Positions 1 through 10,258 of a stretch of 52,399 bases of DNA are shown here, one piece after another. The notes below the pieces were generated by a model that worked only from the letters and a program-made list of their open reading frames with translations, was not told the DNA's origin and did not search any database. The DNA comes from Lachnospiraceae bacterium. Lineage in GTDB: Bacteria; Bacillota; Clostridia; Lachnospirales; Lachnospiraceae. The stretch's first letter is position 1. Each line of letters begins with the position of its first letter. The stretch spans positions 1 to 52,399 of the forward strand of contig JAFTFP010000252.1 of the NCBI GenBank assembly GCA_017449485.1, written 5' to 3'. Position numbers and translations under genes: made by a program.

Positions 1-138
1 CCGCCTTCATGTCTGTGCATTCTGCGAGCACCGCAATTATTAAAGTTTTCGAAACAATCCCTTAAATCTATTGACGAAGGCCTTCAATGTCTGTAAAACT
101 ACAGTTAGAAGTACTTATAAAAATAAGGAGGAAACGGC

Positions 139-918
139 ATGAAAATAGAGCGTCTGAGTGAAAACCAGATCCGCTGCATCCTGACTGGCGAAGACCTTGC
201 GGCCCGCCAGCTCAAGCTCAGCGAACTTGCATACGGCACTGAAAAAGCGAAGCGTCTGTTCAGCGATATGATGCAGCAGGCCTCAGCTCTGTACGGCTTT
301 GATGCCGAGAATTTTCCTCTTATGATTGAGGCTGTCCCGCTCAGCTCCGACAGCATCGCACTGATCGTCACGAAGGTAGAGAATCCGGAAGAACTGGATA
401 CCCGTTTTTCCAGCTTTGCCCCCTCTGTGCAGAAAAGTGCGCGTCCGGATGCCGCGTCCGTCTCTCCTTTCGAGCAGCTTCTGAACAGTCTGCGCGACAC
501 CTTCTCAGACTCGCTCCAGCTGTCCTCCCGTCAGTCCGATCAGGAGGATGCCAGCCGCAGCGAGGCAGGACAGGAGAATGCCCGCAGAAACTACGCCGAG
601 CGGATGCGCACCTACGCTATGACGCATCGCCTTTATACTTTTGACCGGTTCAGCGATCTGCTGGCCGCCGCTGCCCGTATCGGAAACCGCTTTACCGGGG
701 AGAGCAGTCTGTTCAGAGATCCCGGGAAGGACCTCTATTACCTGCTTCTGGTCACTTCCTCCCGGGAGGAAACGATGGCCATGCAGTCTGTGCTCGCCGC
801 GCTGTCCGAGTACGGAACCCCCTCCATGTTCTCCTACGGACGTGAGCAGTCCCTGCTGGAACATTTTCCGGTCGTGATCGGAGAAAACGCGCTCCAGACC
901 CTCTCCGGAATCCGCTGA
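139..918 (+). CDS. mecA: Adaptor protein MecA (ClpC adaptor)
   Basis: N-terminus MKIERLSENQIRCILTGEDL, the PLMIEAVP motif and C-terminal EH..VIGENAL are typical of MecA; AGGAGG RBS upstream. Confidence 0.88.
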   Translation: MKIERLSENQIRCILTGEDLAARQLKLSELAYGTEKAKRLFSDMMQQASALYGFDAENFPLMIEAVPLSSDSIALIVTKVENPEELDTRFSSFAPSVQKSARPDAASVSPFEQLLNSLRDTFSDSLQLSSRQSDQEDASRSEAGQENARRNYAERMRTYAMTHRLYTFDRFSDLLAAAARIGNRFTGESSLFRDPGKDLYYLLLVTSSREETMAMQSVLAALSEYGTPSMFSYGREQSLLEHFPVVIGENALQTLSGIR

Positions 919-991
919 AATCCCCCTTTCAGAAACGGCAGAATAGCTTGATTTTATTGTGCTCTTTTAGTCGTACAATCCACATTTTACA

Positions 992-1020
992 TTGCTTTTT
1001 AGCCTCCTGAATGCTACTAT
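992..1020 (+). promoter_or_regulatory. Sigma-A promoter of the PFOR gene
   Basis: TTGCTT-17 nt-TACTAT with a TG extension before the -10. Confidence 0.6.
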
Positions 1021-1030
1021 GTCTTTATGA

Positions 1031-1048
1031 TTGTCTAGCTATGGACAA
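1031..1048. promoter_or_regulatory. Possible Rex operator
   Basis: 18-bp imperfect palindrome TTGTCTAGCTATGGACAA just downstream of the -10; TTGT-N10-ACAA geometry matches Rex sites. Confidence 0.45.
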
Positions 1049-1090
1049 ATGGTAGGTCTGTAGCATCAAATATTCACAGGAGGAATGAAA

Positions 1091-4000
1091 ATGGCTAGAA
1101 AAATGTTAACCATGGATGGTAACGAAGCGGCCGCACATGTAGCATATGCGTATACCGAAGTCGCTACCATCTACCCCATCACCCCTTCGTCTGTTATGCC
1201 TGAGCATATCGATGAATGGGCCACGGCCGGAAGAAAGAACATTTTCGGACAGACCGTACAGGTCACGGAAATGCAGTCTGAAGCCGGTGCAGCAGGTGCC
1301 TTCCACGGCTCTCTGACCGCCGGTGCAATGACTTCCACCTTCACTGCATCCCAGGGTCTTCTTCTGATGATCCCGAACATCTACAAGGTTGCAGGTGAGC
1401 GGCTTCCCGGTGTTCTGAACGTATCTGCCCGCGCACTGGCTTCTCATGCGCTGAGCATCTTCGGTGATCACTCCGATGTCTATGCCTGCCGTCAGACCGG
1501 TGCTGCAATGCTCTGCAGCTCCAGTGTCCAGGAAGTTATGGACCTGACGCCCGTTGCTTACTGCGCAGCAGTCGACGGAAAACTTCCTTTCATCAACTTC
1601 TTCGATGGTTTCCGTACTTCTCACGAAATTCAGAAGATTGAAGTCTGGGATTATGAAGATCTGAAGGACATGATGGATCTGTCTCAGGTTGACGCTTTCC
1701 GCGCCGGCGCAAACAATCCGAATCATCCTCGTCAGATGGGCTCCGCTCAGAACCCTGATATCTTCTTCCAGACCAGAGAGTCCTGCAACCCGGCTTACGA
1801 CGAGATGCCCGCGATTGTCCAGAAGTACATGGACAAGGTCAACGAGAAGCTCGGAACAGATTACAAGCTCTTCAATTACTACGGCGCAGCAGATGCAGAT
1901 CAGGTCATCATCGCAATGGGCAGCGCCTGCGAGACCATTGAGGAGACCGTTGATTATCTGAACGGCCTTGGCCGCAAGGTTGGTCTGATCAAGGTCCGCC
2001 TGTATCGTCCTTTCTCCGCAGAAGCTCTGCTTGCAGCGATTCCGGAGACTGTAAAGAAGATCACTGTTCTCGACCGCACCAAGGAGCCCGGCTCCATCGG
2101 CGAGCCTCTGGCACTGGATGTCATCGCAGCCCTCAAGGGTTCCAAGTTTGAGACTGTTCCGGTTTATTCCGGCCGCTATGGTCTTGGTTCCAAGGACACC
2201 ACCCCTGCTCAGATCATCGCTGTCTATGACAACGAAGAGAAGAAGCGCTTCACCATCGGCATCATCGATGATGTTACCAATCTCTCCCTTCCTACCGGAG
2301 ACGAAATCGTCACCACACCGGAAGGCACGATCTGCTGCAAGTTCTGGGGCCTCGGTGCAGATGGTACCGTCGGTGCAAACAAGAACTCCATCAAGATCAT
2401 CGGCGACAACACAGACATGTATGCGCAGGCATATTTTGACTACGATTCCAAGAAGTCCGGCGGCGTGACCATGTCTCACCTCCGCTTCGGTAAGAAGCCG
2501 ATCAAGTCGACCTACCTGATTCATCAGGCGAATTTCGTAGCCTGCCACAACCCGTCCTATATCCGTAAGTTCAACATGGTTCAGGAGCTGGTTGACGGCG
2601 GTACATTCCTTCTGAACTGCTCCTGGACACCGGAAGAGCTCGAGCAGCACATCCCGGGCCAGGTCAAGAAGTTCATGTATGACCACAAGATCAAGTTCTA
2701 CACCATCGATGGTGTCAAGATCGGTATCGAGACCGGCATGGGCCCGACCAGAATCAACACCATCCTTCAGTCCGCATTCTTCACTCTGGCGAAGATCATT
2801 CCGGAAGAAGATGCAATCGGCTTCATGAAGGAAGCTGCTCAGAAGACATACGGCCGCAAGGGTCAGGATGTCGTCGAGAAGAACTGGGCTGCTATTGACG
2901 CCGGCGCTAAGAACATCGTTGAGATTCAGATTCCTGAGTCCTGGGGCAGTGCTGAGGACGAGGGTCTGGAAGTCGGACATGCAGATCAGGGCCGCAAGGA
3001 AGTCGTTGACTTTGTCAACAACATTCAGTCCAAGGTTAACTCTCAGCAGGGCAACAGCCTGAAGGTTTCCGAAGTTGCTGTTTACTCCGATGGCTCCACA
3101 CCTTCCGGCGCCGCTGCTTATGAGAAGCGCGGTATCGCAGTCAGCGTTCCGGTATGGAATTCCGCAAACTGCATCCAGTGCACATTCTGCTCTTATGTCT
3201 GCCCGCACGCAGCAATCCGTCCGGTTGCAATGACCGAGGAAGAAGCTGCTGCAGCACCGGCAGGAACCGTTACGATTCCGCTGATGGGCATGCCTGGTTA
3301 TGTTTTCGCAATCAGTGTTTCCTCCATGGACTGCACGGGCTGCGGAAGCTGCGCAAATGTCTGCCCTGGCATGAAGGGCGAGAAGGCGCTCAGCATGGTT
3401 CGTCTCGACGAGGCTCTTCCTCAGCCGAACGAGCAGGCGTTCTTCGATTATGCTGTTACGCTCGATCCCAAGAAGGAAGTTATCGAGAAGTACAAAGAGA
3501 CCACCGTCAAGGGTTCCCAGTTCAAGCAGCCGCTGCTTGAGTTCTCGGGCGCCTGCGCAGGCTGCGGCGAGACTCCTTACGCGAAGCTCGTTACTCAGCT
3601 GTTCGGCGATCATATGTACATTGCAAACGCAACCGGATGCTCCTCTATCTGGGGCAACTCCTCACCGTCCACGCCTTACACTGTTACAAAGGAAGGCAAG
3701 GGCCCGGCATGGAGCAACTCCCTGTTCGAGGACAACGCAGAGTTCGGTTATGGTATGCTCCTTGCTCAGAACGCAATCCGTGACGGCCTGAAGGCGAAGG
3801 TCGAGGCAATTGCACAGGATGCAGACGCTGAGCTGAAGGAAGCTGCTCAGGTATGGCTTGACACCTTCTCTGTCGGCGCTACCAACGGTGCTGCTACCGA
3901 TGCACTGGTCGCTGCTCTGGAGAAGAACGGCTCCGCTGCTGCTCAGGACATTCTGAAGGAGAAGGATTATCTCGCGAAGAAGTCCCAGTGGGTATTCGGT

Positions 4001-4639
4001 GGTGACGGATGGGCTTACGATATCGGCTACGGCGGTGTTGACCACATCCTGGCCAGCGGCAAGGACATCAACGTCTTCGTATTCAACACCGAGGTTTATT
4101 CGAACACCGGCGGTCAGTCCTCCAAGGCTACTCCTGAAGGTGCTGTCGCTCAGTTCGCAGCAGCTGGTAAGGAAACCATCCAGAAGGATCTCGCAGCAAT
4201 GGCAATGAGCTACGGCTACGTCTATGTTGCTCAGATCTCCATGGGTGCAGACCGCAACCAGACCATCAAGGCGATCACCGAGGCTGAGGCTTATCCGGGA
4301 CCGTCCCTGATCATCGCATATGCTCCTTGTATCAACCATGGTATCCGCAAGGGTATGGCCAAGGCTCAGGATGAAGAGAAGCTGGCAGTTACAACCGGCT
4401 ACTGGAACATGTTCCGCTTCAACCCGGCCGGCGGAGACAAGAAGTTCTCGCTGGATTCCAAGGCTGCAACGGATCCTTACGATGACTTCCTGGCAGGCGA
4501 GGTTCGTTACACTTCCCTGAAGCAGAAGAATCCTGAAAGAGCAGCAAGACTGTTCGGCGAGGCTGCACAGCACGCTAAGGATCACTTCGCTTACCTTGAG
4601 AAACTGAACCTTCTGTACAACACTCCTTCCGAGAACTAA
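1091..4639 (+). CDS. nifJ: Pyruvate:ferredoxin (flavodoxin) oxidoreductase, homodimeric type
   Basis: YPITPS, EMQSEAGAAG, two CxxCxxCxxxCP motifs, GACAGCGE and the GDGWAYDIG TPP motif; ATG 1091 is 7 nt from AGGAGG whereas ATG 1085 is too close. Confidence 0.97.
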   Translation: MARKMLTMDGNEAAAHVAYAYTEVATIYPITPSSVMPEHIDEWATAGRKNIFGQTVQVTEMQSEAGAAGAFHGSLTAGAMTSTFTASQGLLLMIPNIYKVAGERLPGVLNVSARALASHALSIFGDHSDVYACRQTGAAMLCSSSVQEVMDLTPVAYCAAVDGKLPFINFFDGFRTSHEIQKIEVWDYEDLKDMMDLSQVDAFRAGANNPNHPRQMGSAQNPDIFFQTRESCNPAYDEMPAIVQKYMDKVNEKLGTDYKLFNYYGAADADQVIIAMGSACETIEETVDYLNGLGRKVGLIKVRLYRPFSAEALLAAIPETVKKITVLDRTKEPGSIGEPLALDVIAALKGSKFETVPVYSGRYGLGSKDTTPAQIIAVYDNEEKKRFTIGIIDDVTNLSLPTGDEIVTTPEGTICCKFWGLGADGTVGANKNSIKIIGDNTDMYAQAYFDYDSKKSGGVTMSHLRFGKKPIKSTYLIHQANFVACHNPSYIRKFNMVQELVDGGTFLLNCSWTPEELEQHIPGQVKKFMYDHKIKFYTIDGVKIGIETGMGPTRINTILQSAFFTLAKIIPEEDAIGFMKEAAQKTYGRKGQDVVEKNWAAIDAGAKNIVEIQIPESWGSAEDEGLEVGHADQGRKEVVDFVNNIQSKVNSQQGNSLKVSEVAVYSDGSTPSGAAAYEKRGIAVSVPVWNSANCIQCTFCSYVCPHAAIRPVAMTEEEAAAAPAGTVTIPLMGMPGYVFAISVSSMDCTGCGSCANVCPGMKGEKALSMVRLDEALPQPNEQAFFDYAVTLDPKKEVIEKYKETTVKGSQFKQPLLEFSGACAGCGETPYAKLVTQLFGDHMYIANATGCSSIWGNSSPSTPYTVTKEGKGPAWSNSLFEDNAEFGYGMLLAQNAIRDGLKAKVEAIAQDADAELKEAAQVWLDTFSVGATNGAATDALVAALEKNGSAAAQDILKEKDYLAKKSQWVFGGDGWAYDIGYGGVDHILASGKDINVFVFNTEVYSNTGGQSSKATPEGAVAQFAAAGKETIQKDLAAMAMSYGYVYVAQISMGADRNQTIKAITEAEAYPGPSLIIAYAPCINHGIRKGMAKAQDEEKLAVTTGYWNMFRFNPAGGDKKFSLDSKAATDPYDDFLAGEVRYTSLKQKNPERAARLFGEAAQHAKDHFAYLEKLNLLYNTPSEN

Positions 4640-4779
4640 TCTGCGGAAGAGATCTTCAACAGGTTTTCTGAGTCCGGGCCGGTTCTCCGGTCCGGACCTG
4701 AAAATAAAAATCATTCAGCATCGCCTGGTAAGCGGCGCTGAAAAACAGGTAGAACTTATTTTGAAAGGAGGATTTCAGT

Positions 4780-4950
4780 ATGGCACGTGTTATTGGTGAT
4801 GACTGCATCAGCTGCGGATCCTGCGCTGCTCAGTGCCCCGTCAGTGCAATCTCTCAGGGAGATGCGCATTTCGAGATCGACCCGGATACCTGCATCGACT
4901 GCGGTGCTTGCGAAGCTCAGTGCCCTGTCGGAGCAATCTCCGAGGCTTGA
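4780..4950 (+). CDS. fdx: 2[4Fe-4S] ferredoxin, 56 aa (absent from the ORF track)
   Basis: Hand translation MARVIGDDCISCGSCAAQCPVSAISQGDAHFEIDPDTCIDCGACEAQCPVGAISEA*; two CxxCxxCxxxCP motifs; AAAGGAGG RBS. Confidence 0.95.
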   Translation: MARVIGDDCISCGSCAAQCPVSAISQGDAHFEIDPDTCIDCGACEAQCPVGAISEA

Positions 4951-4988
4951 GTCTTCAGGATCGACAGATCTGAGGATCAGTACAAATC

Positions 4989-5034
4989 AAAAGAAGCACC
5001 GGCCTGTCCTATACGGCAAGCCGGTGCTTCTTTA
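4989..5034. terminator. Bidirectional intrinsic terminator between fdx and dnaB
   Basis: AAGAAGCACCGGC...GCCGGTGCTTCTT stem flanked by A and T runs between convergent genes. Confidence 0.8.
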
Positions 5035-5046
5035 TTCTGTCTGTTT

Positions 5047-6408
5047 TCAGCCTTCCTCACCCGAATAGGTCCGGGCGCCTTCCAGGTTGACGAACCGGGT
5101 CAGATCCGGAATCCAGCCCAGCTCCGTTGTTCCGATCGGGCCGTTTCTCTGCTTGGCAACAATGATCTCCGCGATACCCTTTCGCTCGGAATCCGGGTGA
5201 TAATACTCGTCCCGGTAAATAAACATAACGATATCTGCATCCTGCTCAATGGCGCCGGATTCACGCAGATCGGAGAGCATGGGCCGTTTGTCCGTCCTGG
5301 ATTCCACCGCACGGGACAGCTGCGACAGCGCAATAATCGGAACCTTCAGCTCTCTGGCCAGTGCCTTCAGCGAGCGGGAGATGTCCGAGACCTCCTGCTG
5401 TCTGGAGTCGTTTCCCTTCGCACTCCCTGTCATCAGCTGCAGGTAGTCGATCACGACCATATCCAGGCCGAATTCCACCTTATATTTTCTGCACTTGGAA
5501 CGCAGCTCCGCCACAGAGATCGCCGGTGTATCATCAATGATCAGCTTGCTTTTACCGATGACGCCTGCGCTCTGAATCAGATCGCCCCATTCCGCATCCG
5601 TCAGATCGCCGGTACGGATCTTCTTGGAATCAATATGAGACTCCATGGCAAACAGTCGGTTTACCAGCTGTTCCCGCGACATTTCCAGCGAGAACACTGC
5701 CAGGCTTTTCTCGAGTCTGAGCGTCACGTAGCTGGCCACATTAAGGACAAAAGCTGTTTTACCCATGGAAGGGCGCGCTGCCAGCAGGATCAGGTCAGAG
5801 GGCTGGAACCCGGCTGTCATCTGATCCAGATCCCTGAAGCCGGACGCGACACCCGTGACATTTCCTTTGACCTTGGATACTTCCGAGATCCGGTTCACCG
5901 CCCGGACAACAATTTCACTGATCGGAAGGAAATCAGAAGTATTCCGCTTCTGAGACAGGTCAAAAACCTGCTTCTCGGCGTTCTCCAGAAGCACTTCAAT
6001 CGATTCCTGCTCTGCGTAGGCTGAATTGGCCATGTCCTCGCCGGCGCGGACCAGGCGGCGCATCATGGCCTTATCCGCCACGATCCGGGCATAGGATTCC
6101 ACATTCGCCGTCGTGGTGACCTGCGCCACCATCGCTGAGAGAACGTCGTTGCTGTACGTCTCCGGCGGCAGGTTCTTCTCATGCATGCGGTTCTGGAGCG
6201 TCACTGGATCCACTGCCATGCCGTCCCGGTTCAGTTCACAGATCACTTCAAACATCACGCCATACTGGCGCGAGTAGAAATCCTCCGGCGTCAGAATCTC
6301 CGCCGCAGTCTGTATCGCTTCCTGATCCATCAGCATTGAGCCGATCACAGCGCTCTCCGCCTCCAGATTATGGGGCATGATCCGCTTGATTGCTTCTTCT
6401 TCCGCCAA
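5047..6408 (-). CDS. dnaB: Replicative DNA helicase
   Basis: PHNLEAE, Walker A AARPSMGKT, VIDYLQLM, SDLRESGAIEQDAD, KQRNGP; TTG start right after rplI. Confidence 0.97.
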   Translation of the reverse strand: MAEEEAIKRIMPHNLEAESAVIGSMLMDQEAIQTAAEILTPEDFYSRQYGVMFEVICELNRDGMAVDPVTLQNRMHEKNLPPETYSNDVLSAMVAQVTTTANVESYARIVADKAMMRRLVRAGEDMANSAYAEQESIEVLLENAEKQVFDLSQKRNTSDFLPISEIVVRAVNRISEVSKVKGNVTGVASGFRDLDQMTAGFQPSDLILLAARPSMGKTAFVLNVASYVTLRLEKSLAVFSLEMSREQLVNRLFAMESHIDSKKIRTGDLTDAEWGDLIQSAGVIGKSKLIIDDTPAISVAELRSKCRKYKVEFGLDMVVIDYLQLMTGSAKGNDSRQQEVSDISRSLKALARELKVPIIALSQLSRAVESRTDKRPMLSDLRESGAIEQDADIVMFIYRDEYYHPDSERKGIAEIIVAKQRNGPIGTTELGWIPDLTRFVNLEGARTYSGEEG

Positions 6409-6409
6409 T

Positions 6410-6856
6410 TTAAAGCTCCTTTACCAGCACATAGAGACGGCCTGTCACCTGTGCGTGCAACTTGATGGGCACCTCGTGCATACCGAAAGTCTTGATGGGC
6501 TCATCCAGCTGAATCTTCTTCTTATCCAGCTCCAGATTGTGCTGATCCTTGGCAGCCTGGGCAATTTCCTTTCCGGAAACAGAGCCGAAGACTGCGCCGC
6601 CTTCGCCCTTCTTCAGGCGCACTTCGATCTGAATCTGCTCCAGATCCCTGGCCATCTGCTGGGCATCCTGCAGCTTCTGCGCAGCCACCTTCTCCTCATT
6701 GGCTTTCTGCAGCTTCAGATCATTCTTGTTCTTATTGTTGGCTTCCACGCCAAGCTTCTTCGGCAGGACGAAGTTCCGGGCATAGCCGTCGCTCACCTCG
6801 ACGATCTCACCCTTCTTACCCAGTGCTTTCACATCCTGCAGTAAAATAATCTTCAT
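6410..6856 (-). CDS. rplI: 50S ribosomal protein L9
   Basis: [29 protein letters not shown]; gdpP-rplI-dnaB synteny. Confidence 0.97.
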   Translation of the reverse strand: MKIILLQDVKALGKKGEIVEVSDGYARNFVLPKKLGVEANNKNKNDLKLQKANEEKVAAQKLQDAQQMARDLEQIQIEVRLKKGEGGAVFGSVSGKEIAQAAKDQHNLELDKKKIQLDEPIKTFGMHEVPIKLHAQVTGRLYVLVKEL

Positions 6857-8913
6857 AGCTCACCCTCCTCTGTCATTTCATCGATCGTACGCTTCAGCAG
6901 GCCGACCGCCTCTGTCAGTGTCGCGTCTTCAATCTGGCAGGCCGCGATGTTCATATGACCGCCGCCGCCCATGTGCTCCATGATTACCTGGACATTTACC
7001 TCATCAATCGAGCGCGCACTGATATGAATCTGATTCTGATAATCCGTCAGAACAAAGCTGGCCTTCACACCCTTGATATTCAGCAGTTCATTGGCCGCCT
7101 GTGCACCGATAATGGTCGGACTCTGCAGATCATGTCCCTGGCAGACCGAGATGGCATACAGCCCCCGGTAGATCTCCGCCTGAGAAACCGCATCCGCCTT
7201 GGCCCGGTATTCATCCGCGTCCTCGCGGAACAACTTGCGCACCCTCGTCACATCCGCGCCGCATCTTCTCAGGAAGGCCGCCGCCTCAAAGGTCCGCACA
7301 CCGGCTTTGCTCATGAAATTGTTCGTATCGACTACAATGCCTGCATACAGCGCATCCGCCTCGTCAGACCGGATTTTGACCCCGTCGATGTACTGCAGAA
7401 TCTCTGTAACCATCTCGCAGGCGGAAGAAGCATATGCTTCCACATAGGAAAGCGTCGCATTCTCAATCCGCTCTGTGCCCTGTCTGTGATGATCCAGCAC
7501 GACAATCGACTTGCAGCGCCTGAGCAGCTCCGGACACTCTGTGCGGCTGGGTTTGTTGACATCCACCACCACCAGTGCCGCGTTGTCTGTGACGCGCTCC
7601 AGGGCCTGCGCGCTGGTCAGAAACAGATCCTTTTCATACTCCTCGTTGTCCCTGAAGAGCGTGATCACCGGCTGCAGCGAGGTTGTGATCTCGTTCATGA
7701 CGATGTAGGCTCTGCGGTTCATGACCTTGCAGATCCGGTAAATACCGATGGCAGATCCGAGACAGTCAATGTCGCCTTCCTTGTGGCCCATGATGAAGAC
7801 CGTCTCCTTCGAGCCGATGATTTCCTTCAGTGCCTGGGCTTTGACGCGGGCCTTGACGCGGGTACTCTTTTCAATCTGCTGGCTCTTTCCGCCGTAATAG
7901 ATGATGTTGTCCGCGGTTTTCACAACCGCCTGATCGCCGCCGCGGCCCAGCGCCAGATCAATGGCATTCCGGGCGAACTCATAGTTCTGCGCGTAGCTCA
8001 GGCCTTCCACACCGATGCCGATGCTGAGGGTCAGCGCCATTTCATTGCCGATATTCACGGTCTTGACATCCGAGAGCAGGTCAAAATGTGCCTCCTGCAG
8101 CTGGCGCAGTGACTTTTTCCGCAGGATGATCAGATATTTATCTTTCTCGATTTTGGTGCAGATGCCGTCATAGGAAGCGATGTACACGTTGACGCGCCGA
8201 TCGATCAGCGCAATCAGCAGGGAGCGCCTGACATCTTCCACACTCTCCAGCGCTTCCTCGTAGTTATCAATATAAATGAATCCGACGACCAGACTCTGAT
8301 CATCCACCTCCTGAATGGCCAGCTGCACTGCTGTTTCGTCAAACAGGTAGATGGAAATCAGGGAATCCGATGCATTCTCTCCCTCGAGAATCTCAGAATC
8401 TCCTGTGACGCCGTCCATCGGGATTCTGCGCATCTGGACTTCATAATTGCTGTTCTCGTAGTCAATCTGAATCCGGACCAGGTCTTCGCCTTCCGGCAGT
8501 GTGTCTTTGGTCAGGGACGGAAAGACGGAAGTGATAGACTTCCTGTAGCTGCGGTCGCGATGGGCAACCCGCTCAAATTCCGCATTCATCCACAGAATCC
8601 GTCCGCTGTCATCCAGCACAGCGTAGGGGATCTCCAGTTCCCGGAGCAGCCGCTTCTGGACCTGCCCGTATTCTGTGGCAAAGCTGACCATTTCATGCAG
8701 CACAGCACGTCTGCTCGAACGATAAGCTGTAATTGCAAAGGCAAAATAGATCACCAGAAAACCAGTCAGAATCAGGCCGGAAGGCCAGTTCAGAAGATAG
8801 ATCAGCACATTGACCAGGATCAGAACAAACCCCAGTCGGAGCGGGAGCTGGAAATAGCTGGCCATTCTCCCTTTCAGCTTTTCACGCTTTTTCATCCGCA
8901 AGATTCCTCTCAT
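6853..8913 (-). CDS. gdpP: c-di-AMP phosphodiesterase GdpP (two TM helices, PAS, degenerate GGDEF, DHH/DHHA1)
   Basis: [17 protein letters not shown] and GGGGH motifs; two N-terminal hydrophobic helices; position upstream of rplI. Confidence 0.92.
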   Translation of the reverse strand: MRGILRMKKREKLKGRMASYFQLPLRLGFVLILVNVLIYLLNWPSGLILTGFLVIYFAFAITAYRSSRRAVLHEMVSFATEYGQVQKRLLRELEIPYAVLDDSGRILWMNAEFERVAHRDRSYRKSITSVFPSLTKDTLPEGEDLVRIQIDYENSNYEVQMRRIPMDGVTGDSEILEGENASDSLISIYLFDETAVQLAIQEVDDQSLVVGFIYIDNYEEALESVEDVRRSLLIALIDRRVNVYIASYDGICTKIEKDKYLIILRKKSLRQLQEAHFDLLSDVKTVNIGNEMALTLSIGIGVEGLSYAQNYEFARNAIDLALGRGGDQAVVKTADNIIYYGGKSQQIEKSTRVKARVKAQALKEIIGSKETVFIMGHKEGDIDCLGSAIGIYRICKVMNRRAYIVMNEITTSLQPVITLFRDNEEYEKDLFLTSAQALERVTDNAALVVVDVNKPSRTECPELLRRCKSIVVLDHHRQGTERIENATLSYVEAYASSACEMVTEILQYIDGVKIRSDEADALYAGIVVDTNNFMSKAGVRTFEAAAFLRRCGADVTRVRKLFREDADEYRAKADAVSQAEIYRGLYAISVCQGHDLQSPTIIGAQAANELLNIKGVKASFVLTDYQNQIHISARSIDEVNVQVIMEHMGGGGHMNIAACQIEDATLTEAVGLLKRTIDEMTEEGEL

Positions 8914-8979
8914 GGGGAAAAGTGCCGTCAGACAACGAATGTATTATACTACTTCTTCCACTCATTTGCCACAGCACTG

Positions 8980-9010
8980 AAAAAGCCCCGCCGCTCTCGC
9001 GGCAGGGCTT
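8980..9010 (-). terminator. Intrinsic terminator after rpsR
   Basis: GC stem AAGCCCTGCCGC...GCGGCGGGGC followed by TTTTT on the minus strand. Confidence 0.75.
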
Positions 9011-9059
9011 CGGAAATTCCCGCTTTTCACTCTGCGTTAAGGAAATGCCGGATTCCGGC

Positions 9060-9323
9060 TTATCTCTCCGTGTAGGGAAGGATCGCCAGATGACGCGCTC
9101 TCTTGATGGCGACGGTCAGAGCTCTCTGATGTGTCGCGCAGGTTCCCGTGATTCTTCTGGGAAGGATCTTCCCGCTCTCGGAAACATACTTGTGAAGCTT
9201 CGCAGCATCCTTATAATCGATCTTGTTGTCCTTGCCACAGAAGACGCAGACCTTCTTTTTTCTGTGGAATCCGCCTCTCTTCTTGAAGGGCGCATCCGCT
9301 TTATCCGTTTTGTTAAAAGCCAT
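9060..9323 (-). CDS. rpsR: 30S ribosomal protein S18 (Zn-binding form)
   Basis: CVFC...IDYKD...[17 protein letters not shown]...AIKRAR. Confidence 0.97.
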   Translation of the reverse strand: MAFNKTDKADAPFKKRGGFHRKKKVCVFCGKDNKIDYKDAAKLHKYVSESGKILPRRITGTCATHQRALTVAIKRARHLAILPYTER

Positions 9324-9364
9324 TTTTAGACCTCCTGTCCGTAATACCGGACTGTCGACTCTCT

Positions 9365-9835
9365 TTACGTAAACGGCAGCTCTTCGTCAATTCCTTCCGG
9401 GATATTCATGAATCCGTCCATGGCGGCTGCGGGTCTTTCAGCCGGTCTTGCGGCGGGGGCTTCCGCTCCCTGTCCGAAGCTGCCGCTGAAGGATGCAGAG
9501 GAATCTGCATTTCTGCTCTCTGCGAACTCCTGATTCTCTACAACTACTTCTGTTGTATAGACCTTCTGGCCGTCCTTGTTGGTGTAGCTTCCGGTCTGGA
9601 TTCTGCCGGAAACACAGATCTTAATTCCCTTGTGGAAATACTTCTCGGCAAATTCGCCTGCTCTGCCGAACGCAACGCACGAAATAAAATCCGCGCTGTT
9701 CTCATCATTGCTGTTCCGACTGCGCCGCCGGTCAACCGCCAGTGTATAACGTGCGATCGCCATCGGCTGCTCACCCTGTGAATATCTTACCTCAGGGTCT
9801 CTTGTCAGACGTCCCATTAATACGACACTGTTCAT
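9365..9835 (-). CDS. ssb: Single-stranded DNA-binding protein
   Basis: [18 protein letters not shown] and acidic tail DEELPF; ATG 9835 follows GGAGG. Confidence 0.97.
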   Translation of the reverse strand: MNSVVLMGRLTRDPEVRYSQGEQPMAIARYTLAVDRRRSRNSNDENSADFISCVAFGRAGEFAEKYFHKGIKICVSGRIQTGSYTNKDGQKVYTTEVVVENQEFAESRNADSSASFSGSFGQGAEAPAARPAERPAAAMDGFMNIPEGIDEELPFT

Positions 9836-9852
9836 TCGTGAACCTCCGATTC

Positions 9853-10143
9853 TTATGCCTCGTCCTGTTTCACGCACAGATATCGAATGACATTGTCCAT
9901 GATGCGCATACGGCTCTCAATTTCAGCAATTGCGGAGCCCTCTGCCTCGAACGGGATAAAGAAATAGTAGCCTTCATTCATTTTCTGAATTTCATAAGCC
10001 AGCTTTTTCTTGCCCCATTCTGTGATCTCGCCGATCTGTCCGCCGAATCTGGTAATCAGATTCTTAACGTTCTCGACAGCAGCAGTTCTTGCTTCGTCAT
10101 CGATCTGCGCATTCACAACAACGGCTAATTCATATTTGCTCAT
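9853..10143 (-). CDS. rpsF: 30S ribosomal protein S6
   Basis: MSKYEL...WGKKKLAYEIQK...EGYY; ATG 10143 follows AGGAGGT. Confidence 0.97.
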   Translation of the reverse strand: MSKYELAVVVNAQIDDEARTAAVENVKNLITRFGGQIGEITEWGKKKLAYEIQKMNEGYYFFIPFEAEGSAIAEIESRMRIMDNVIRYLCVKQDEA

Positions 10144-10149
10144 GCTTCT

Positions 10150-10197
10150 TACCTCCTTTTGGTCTCTGGCCCTCAACCCCCGTCAAGAGCAAGGAAA
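10150..10197 (-). ncRNA. Probable S6:S18 ribosomal protein leader (cis-regulatory RNA)
   Basis: Minus strand TTCCTTGCTC...GAGACCAAAAGGAGGT; the TCCTT can pair with the SD (AAGGA), as in Firmicute rpsF leaders. Confidence 0.6.
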
Positions 10198-10228
10198 GTT
10201 CCGGGAGAAAAAGTTCCCGCGGATTTAT

Positions 10229-10258
10229 ATAGTAACACAGCCGGCTGCACAATTTCAA
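10229..10258 (-). promoter_or_regulatory. Sigma-A promoter of rpsF-ssb-rpsR
   Basis: TTGAAA-18 nt-TACTAT with a TG extension. Confidence 0.55.

Noticed and set aside
1106-4714. Long antisense ORFs (835 aa and 350 aa) opposite PFOR
   Set aside because: Shadow frames caused by strong codon bias in a highly expressed GC-rich gene; no motifs
4787-5068. 93-aa ORF in the track
   Set aside because: Wrong frame; the real gene is the ferredoxin at 4780-4950, and this ORF runs through the terminator
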